Virus record (IMG/VR): IMGVR_UViG_3300037042_001805
Span: 1-33,353 of that record
Length of the DNA stretch: 33,353 bases
DNA from: a virus
Taxonomy: Duplodnaviria; Caudoviricetes
Reading direction: 5' to 3' (one strand)
The notes beneath the pieces are model-generated. The model did no database searches, had not been told where the DNA came from, and saw only the letters and a list, made by a program, of their open reading frames with translations. The position numbers were made by a program, and so were the translations under genes. Every line of letters begins with the position of its first letter. The first letter of the stretch is position 1. Of this stretch, positions 27,339 through 33,353 are shown piece by piece.

Positions 27339-29441
27339 TTATCCTCCACCAAATGTTGCAGCTCTATTAGATTTTCTATCCATTGCTTGTTGACTAGAAA
27401 TCTCACCACTTACAACATATGCTTTAATTGGTTTACCACTTGCAGCACCTAATGTTTCTGCAATTTGACTTCCGGGTGTTGCAGCTTGTGTTCCTTGTAT
27501 TTGTGGTGTTGCCATTGCAGTTGGCCCACCCGTATATGCAGGGACTGCTGGTGCTGACCCTCCACCTCCACCTCCGGTTGCTCCACCCGCAGATGCTGCT
27601 TGATTGATTTGTTGTATTGATTTAGTTGCTGATGCAACTGCTCCTGCAATACTCAATCCCGCACTAATCGTATTTATTGCAACCCAAGGTTGACCGAAAC
27701 CTAATGGATTTGCTGCAATTGCTTTTGCATTTGCAATACCTGTTTGTGAAATGATTTGTCCAATAGCTGCTGCTTGTGATATTATAACACCTGCAATTGC
27801 TAATGCTTTATTCTTTCCTGCTAATTGTGATAATGTATTTCCAAATTGTTGAAACAATCCTAAATAGGCCATATTGATTGCCTGTTTAGCTTCTGCTGCA
27901 GCTTTCTCAGTTGCAATCTCTTGATTGGTTACATCCATTCTAGCATCTGCATACTTCTTTCTGATTTGAGTTTTTTCAAATTCATTAAGTTCAGTATTTT
28001 GTAATTCAGTTGTCTCTTGTTGTTTAAGTATATCTTTTTGTTCTGCAAGTCTTTGCAAGTCCATTTCAAAGTCACCATCAATCTTTTTATTTTCAGCATC
28101 TAATGCTTCTAATTTAGATTGTAATCCTAATAATATAATACCTCTTTCCTCCTCACCTACTTTTTTAAGTCTTTCTATTTCTTTGTCATCCAATTCTTTT
28201 TTCTTATCAGCATCTTCAACGGCAAACTTATCTCTCATCGTTTTAAGTTCTGCTTGTAGACCTGTTTCTAATATTGTAGTATCTTGATTATACTTTGTAG
28301 CAGTTGCAATCAATGAAGCATACTTTTGATTTACCTCATATTCAGTTCTTTCTCTTTCAGTTAAAGTTGATTTGAATGCATCCTCCTCACCTTTTCTAAT
28401 TTCTGCTAAATCACTCTCTCTTAACTTTTTAAGTTCGTCTTTTTCTCTTTGTTTCTCAGCAATTTTCTTATCAGATAAAGCTTTACCTTTACCTGCTAAT
28501 TCTCTATTCTTATTTTCCTCCTCTTTAAGTTCGTCTGCTTTATTATTTAATCCTACTTCTTGTGCAGTTGCATATGCATCTTTTGTTGCCTGTTGTCTTT
28601 TGGTTAAGTTATCCTCTAATTTTTTTAATCCTTCTAAATCTGCTTTACCTAAATTATCATTGTATATCTTTACTGCCTCTTGCTCATCTTTATATGCCTG
28701 TTCGTATGTTTCTTTGGCTTGTCTAAATTGAGTTTCTCTAATTGTTTGTGCACTTGCACCTTGTGATTTTAATCTAGCTAATTCAACTTTGTTTCTCCTA
28801 TTGGTATCTGCTGCATTTAATTCTAATAATTCGTTTTGTCTTTCTAATGCTCTATTAAGTGTGTCTGCTGCTGCAGCTGCTTCTTTCTCACCACTTGCCA
28901 TTTCATATAATGCAGATGCTGCAGTTGCTAATAATACAACTAATGCACCTATACCTGTTGCAATCAATGCAGCAGATAATGCTCTTGCTCCGGTTGCTGC
29001 TGCACCTTCTGCAACTCCAACTGCTTGAAATGATTTAGCCAAAAATCCATTTAACGCAGTGTATGCTTTTGTGATACCTGTAAGTTTACCTAATCCTTTT
29101 GCTGCATCTCCTAAATCTTTACCAAATTCAACAAAACTTGCTTTTAAGTCAGTTAGTTTTAATGCACCAAATTGTTTTAATGTATTAACTGCACCACTTA
29201 CCTTATTACCTATTTCACCAATCGGTCCTGGCAATTGACCTAATACTTCTGAAAAGTTACTTGCACCAGTTCTTGCAGCTTTAATTGCATCCTCAGTATC
29301 ATTTATTTGTTGTTGTAAAAGAGCAAATTCAGCAGACCCTGCAGCCGTATCCTTAATTTCTTTTTTAAGTCTTTTAAGTTCGGCAATAGAGGGTTCTACA
29401 TTAGTTGTAACATCTATTTCAACTTCAATTTTCTTTGCCAT
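27339..29441 (-). CDS. Tape measure protein
   Basis: 700 aa, A/E/K-rich helical with hydrophobic segments, LIATGIGALVV and C-terminal KAYVVSGEISSQQ. Confidence 0.85.
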   Translation of the reverse strand: MAKKIEVEIDVTTNVEPSIAELKRLKKEIKDTAAGSAEFALLQQQINDTEDAIKAARTGASNFSEVLGQLPGPIGEIGNKVSGAVNTLKQFGALKLTDLKASFVEFGKDLGDAAKGLGKLTGITKAYTALNGFLAKSFQAVGVAEGAAATGARALSAALIATGIGALVVLLATAASALYEMASGEKEAAAAADTLNRALERQNELLELNAADTNRRNKVELARLKSQGASAQTIRETQFRQAKETYEQAYKDEQEAVKIYNDNLGKADLEGLKKLEDNLTKRQQATKDAYATAQEVGLNNKADELKEEENKNRELAGKGKALSDKKIAEKQREKDELKKLRESDLAEIRKGEEDAFKSTLTERERTEYEVNQKYASLIATATKYNQDTTILETGLQAELKTMRDKFAVEDADKKKELDDKEIERLKKVGEEERGIILLGLQSKLEALDAENKKIDGDFEMDLQRLAEQKDILKQQETTELQNTELNEFEKTQIRKKYADARMDVTNQEIATEKAAAEAKQAINMAYLGLFQQFGNTLSQLAGKNKALAIAGVIISQAAAIGQIISQTGIANAKAIAANPLGFGQPWVAINTISAGLSIAGAVASATKSIQQINQAASAGGATGGGGGGSAPAVPAYTGGPTAMATPQIQGTQAATPGSQIAETLGAASGKPIKAYVVSGEISSQQAMDRKSNRAATFGGG

Positions 29442-29577
29442 AATAATGTCTTTTTATTTTATACCACGCATCTTTCCATGTAAAAGAAATTTGGTATTTT
29501 CCTTTAGCTATTTCAACCGTTTCTGAAACACCATAGTGCTCATCAATCATTAGTAAATCTATTATTCCTTTTATCAT
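29425..29577 (-). CDS. 50-aa protein upstream of the tape measure gene (MIKGIIDLL...EIAKGKY)
   Basis: Translated by hand; overlaps the TMP start; GTTAAATA at 29584-29591. Confidence 0.7.
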   Translation of the reverse strand: MIKGIIDLLMIDEHYGVSETVEIAKGKYQISFTWKDAWYKIKRHYYGKEN

Positions 29578-29596
29578 ATTATCTATTTAACACCTT

Positions 29597-30442
29597 TTAA
29601 TTGAAATCTAATTGAGAGAAATCAAAACTAAAGTCACCTGCCAAACTACCTGGTATTACATGGACTATTGAATTACTACAACTAGAGTTTATATTTACCA
29701 ATTTACATACAACAGCACTTTCAGGGAATAACAATACAACACTATCTCCAACATTACTAAGTGTAACATTTTGTAAGAAAGTAAAGTTTACACCATCCGG
29801 AGAAGTATAAACATCGTATGTAGGTCCTGAATTAGCACCTGCATCTGTTAAGGTTATTGTAATAAAATCAGGAGGTGCAGTAGATAATGTATAATCAAAA
29901 TTACAAGCTATACCTGGTATTTGATTTGCAACAACATCACCAATTACAGGCCCTAATAATTGTATATTACATTCTCCGTTAGATAAATTATAATCGTTAA
30001 TTGCTCTTAAATGATAATAGTTTCCTCTCCATTCCACTATATCGTTAAGTTCCATTTTGAAATAATCAGCAAGAGGTATAATAGCCGAAGCATTTAATAA
30101 TCTTGTTCTTGGATTATAAAGTAAATCAACATATTGAGACCAGTAAGTTGAATATAAAGTATCTATTGGTGTTTGTCCATAGGCAGCTTGTTCATTGAAA
30201 AACAAAAGAGATAAACTATCACTAGTTGGATAACTACCTGTTACTACATTATAATTGTCAAAATACGGAAATGCAGTTTGTGCATAACTTGTGCCTGCAG
30301 TAGTTAAACTACCACTCTCAATATAATATGTTTGGCAATCTATTAAACCATTATAAAAATAGATATGTGGTAAAACTCTACTTGGATTGTAAGTTTGGTC
30401 ACTAATAAAAGTGGGTATGTATATTGGTATTCTTTGGCTCAT
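29597..30442 (-). CDS. Tail-tip/baseplate protein
   Basis: LY..YW..Y...LY....R.L and LND.V..Y....I.DY pattern; C-terminal GDFSFDFS motif. Confidence 0.55.
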   Translation of the reverse strand: MSQRIPIYIPTFISDQTYNPSRVLPHIYFYNGLIDCQTYYIESGSLTTAGTSYAQTAFPYFDNYNVVTGSYPTSDSLSLLFFNEQAAYGQTPIDTLYSTYWSQYVDLLYNPRTRLLNASAIIPLADYFKMELNDIVEWRGNYYHLRAINDYNLSNGECNIQLLGPVIGDVVANQIPGIACNFDYTLSTAPPDFITITLTDAGANSGPTYDVYTSPDGVNFTFLQNVTLSNVGDSVVLLFPESAVVCKLVNINSSCSNSIVHVIPGSLAGDFSFDFSQLDFN

Positions 30443-30453
30443 ATTATTTTATT

Positions 30454-32475
30454 TTAGCAGAAGTATCCTACTCCGTATCCTATTTCTCCTGTAAATCTAT
30501 TTATTTCGTATACCTCATTACCACCACCATATGTAAAGTATCTATATCCTTTAATTGCTACTGCACCATATTCGTCATAGTATGCAATTTGACCTGGTGT
30601 AATCATACCATCTGCAGTATACATATCAATTTCATTTACACTACTACATGCTACAGTATAATCAGTTGCACCTGTGAATTTTTGAGTATTTACAAAGTAT
30701 TGTGTTACTGGTGGATTTAATCCTGAAATACTACCTGATTGTCCACTACCTGCAATTCTAAGCAATGGTGCAGATGCAAGTGTAGTTTTAACAGTAAACT
30801 CTCCTTGTGAAAAGAAATTATTAGTATCTACATAATATTGTTTACCATATTCTCTATTGGCTGCTTTTGCAAATTGTTGTGAAACATAATCTGTATCCAA
30901 TGTATCACCAAAGTTTAATTTATTTACTGCAAGATTGTTAGCAGGTATAACTTCTATTCTGTCATTTAGATTTATGTATTTATTAAAATCTTTTATTTCT
31001 CCTGTTTTATACCAATCATTAAATGTTTCAATAATAAATTCATTTAACTTATTTTTATTTGGATAAATTATTAAATTAAATTTCTTTTGCAAACCTATTA
31101 TAAAATCAAGTTGTTTAATTCCAACTGTCCCAAACGGCATATTAGAAGGTATGTCTATAACTCTACCATCTGCTGCTTGCTTAACTTCTTTAATTTGTAT
31201 AAAAGATTTAGTTGTTCCTTGTGGGTCTAATGTTACAACTGGCAATGGAGGAGTTGCTGAATTTGGTGATTGTCTTAATTGAAAATAATAACTACCCGTT
31301 GGTATGTCATCTAATAAAAATTCAGTTGCTAACTCAAAAGTTTGATTTATACCAAAACTACCTCTACTTTGTTGCAACTGGTCAAAATAAAATATATAAG
31401 ATTGTATTGCACGAGTTGAATATGGTGTTGCACTACCTGTTTCTAACATTCTTATTTGCCATGTTCCATTTGCAGAAAGTGTGCCTGGCATATTATTTAC
31501 CGAGCAACTTACATTTATATTTACATTTAATACTCCTGATAAATTAGTTCGTTTTTCTACTTTATATGCACCATTTGTATAAAAATCTTGTGGGTCAGAT
31601 AATTCGTTATACCAAGGCAAAGTTGTCCAACTACCAGATGCAAGAGTTATATCTGTCATACCACTACCTGATATTGCACCTACTTTTATTTTACCATATG
31701 TTTCCAAATCAACATCACTAAACTCAGGATACTTTAATGAGTTATTACAAATCATATAAACATCATCTAAAAAACTTTGAGACATAAATGTAGAGGAGTA
31801 TGTATATCCTGCATCTTCAAAGATTGCATCTAATACAGGTTTAACTCTAATTGCAGGTTTGAAGTTTTGCACAGATAATGCACCATTCTCGTCGTCCATA
31901 CCAAACAATTCATATTGTCCTGAAGTAAATTGATAACCACTACCATAATCTGCAAGTGGATAAACTATATCTCCATTAAATAAATTACCACTCCAACTTG
32001 CTGAAATATTATCGTAAGATGCAGTGTGATTGTATTTTTGTAGAGAGGTTATATCAGTAAGAAATAATGTATTTATACTTCTACCAAAGCTAGATAAAGT
32101 TCCGTATAGTGTTACATCGTAACTATCTATAAACTTATTTTGTAAAATATTTACTTTATTTAATTGAATGTATCCTTGTGCAAGATATATTCCATCAAAA
32201 TCTAAATATGCTTCTACTTTTACATTAGTTGCAAAAAGATATGGGTTCTCTACCGATATATCATATACAAACTCAAAAAACTTATTATTGCTCTTTGAGC
32301 CTGGTAAAGTCATTGCTCTTGTAAAATCAGAAGGTAATGTTCCTAAGTCAAATAGACCCGTGATATTATCAGATAGTTTAATTTCCTCATCTTTGAATAA
32401 GTCTAATTGTTGACTACCATAACTGCCACTAGCTATCAATTTGAATTTGAAACCTTGTGTTGAATTTATAGACAT
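30454..32475 (-). CDS. Tail-tip/hub structural protein (673 aa)
   Basis: LDLF.DE.I, F.....LPGS..NN.FF, YPL.DYG, PAI.VK...D.IF and K.FNL motifs. Confidence 0.65.
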   Translation of the reverse strand: MSINSTQGFKFKLIASGSYGSQQLDLFKDEEIKLSDNITGLFDLGTLPSDFTRAMTLPGSKSNNKFFEFVYDISVENPYLFATNVKVEAYLDFDGIYLAQGYIQLNKVNILQNKFIDSYDVTLYGTLSSFGRSINTLFLTDITSLQKYNHTASYDNISASWSGNLFNGDIVYPLADYGSGYQFTSGQYELFGMDDENGALSVQNFKPAIRVKPVLDAIFEDAGYTYSSTFMSQSFLDDVYMICNNSLKYPEFSDVDLETYGKIKVGAISGSGMTDITLASGSWTTLPWYNELSDPQDFYTNGAYKVEKRTNLSGVLNVNINVSCSVNNMPGTLSANGTWQIRMLETGSATPYSTRAIQSYIFYFDQLQQSRGSFGINQTFELATEFLLDDIPTGSYYFQLRQSPNSATPPLPVVTLDPQGTTKSFIQIKEVKQAADGRVIDIPSNMPFGTVGIKQLDFIIGLQKKFNLIIYPNKNKLNEFIIETFNDWYKTGEIKDFNKYINLNDRIEVIPANNLAVNKLNFGDTLDTDYVSQQFAKAANREYGKQYYVDTNNFFSQGEFTVKTTLASAPLLRIAGSGQSGSISGLNPPVTQYFVNTQKFTGATDYTVACSSVNEIDMYTADGMITPGQIAYYDEYGAVAIKGYRYFTYGGGNEVYEINRFTGEIGYGVGYFC

Positions 32476-32478
32476 ATA

Positions 32479-33226
32479 TTAAATTATTAGTTTGTATCCC
32501 TGGCCGAATTGGAAATCAAATTGATATTGTATCAACTTATCTACAACGCCTGTTTTGAATTGAATATTTGAGGTAACAATAGTTAAAGGTTTTACAGCAG
32601 TTGTATTATACTGCATCCAATAAATCTCATCACTTACTAATAATTGTTTTAGAATATCATTGTAATCCTCACTTAACCAATTCGTATTACAACTTATAGT
32701 TTGATTTGCATCTACAACATAATTTAGAGTTTGAGTATCGTATTCGTTATATGATAATGTTCTTTGAGTAAAACTACCAATTTGTGGTTGATAACTTCTT
32801 TTACTTGTTGACATGCTTTGTCTATTTACCATATCAAAATTTAGATAATCAAATTGGCCAAATCTATTTTTCCACTTAATTCTAATGTTTGGATACTTTT
32901 GTTGGCATACTATATTATATAAAACTGGTTGACCTAATGCAACACTACCTGAATATGGTTGTAAAGTATATTGACTTAAACCAATACTAGATAAAGGAAA
33001 CCCTGATTGTGCAGGAGCATTTGGAAAAGTTGCAACTAATGTATTTGAATTGCCTGTTGAGGAGGGTAGTGCATATACACCATTACCTGTGCTACCTGAA
33101 TAAACTATTCTTGTAGGTATAGTTTGTCCAACATTACCAACAAACACAGCACTAGTTCCAATATTATCTATAATTACAGATTGAGTTGTTGGCCCACTAC
33201 TCATTAAAGGCCATATAGGAGTTAAA
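32479..33226 (-). CDS. 3' part of the junction-spanning tail protein (distal-tail-like)
   Basis: W.NRFG..DY..F, NT.W and QLL.SDEIYW motifs; continues from 416..1. Confidence 0.8.
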
Positions 33227-33353
33227 GTATTTACCTCTGCTCCAATTGTTTCAGGGAATACTTCATAACCATCTGCAGCTTGAAATACTGAGGACGAAAT
33301 GACAGACCCTGTAAAAAATACGGAGCTTGATTGATAACGATAATAACTATCAA

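Noticed and set aside
1-33226. Stop-codon reassignment
   Set aside because: The standard code gives dense, full-length genes, and TAA, TAG and TGA all end genes.
33227-33353. Biological terminal repeat
   Set aside because: It is exactly 127 bp and falls mid-gene, which fits an assembler overlap and says nothing about real genome ends.

Overview
The window is an apparently complete, AT-rich tailed dsDNA phage genome of 33,226 bp. Bases 33227-33353 repeat bases 1-127 exactly, and one tail gene reads in frame across that join, so the contig is circular. The phage looks siphovirus-like and probably infects a Bacteroidota host (TTTG..TAnnTT-type early promoters, A-rich leaders without Shine-Dalgarno). 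Nearly all genes are on the minus strand: terS/terL, a G/GT-type frameshifted chaperone pair, two collagen-like fibres, an adhesin-like protein, a three-gene glycan cassette (beta-propeller glycosidase-like, GT2, TPR-methyltransferase), scaffold, major capsid, tail tube, portal, head-tail proteins, tail-tip proteins, tape measure and an XkdF-like protease. The early region holds a DUF6291-like replication protein, an RHH regulator, a GIY-YIG-like protein, a DUF4338/DruA-like protein and a sigma factor. I recognised no polymerase, helicase, integrase, endolysin, tRNA or CRISPR. Best leads: (1) a putative virion-glycosylation system, i.e. the late glycan cassette plus [S/T]-[G/A]-S enrichment in surface virion proteins; (2) a DnaA-box origin at the centre of an old inverted duplication; (3) capsid N-terminal peptides reused in two other proteins; (4) a structured late sRNA candidate. 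All family names come from motif recognition, not database searches.
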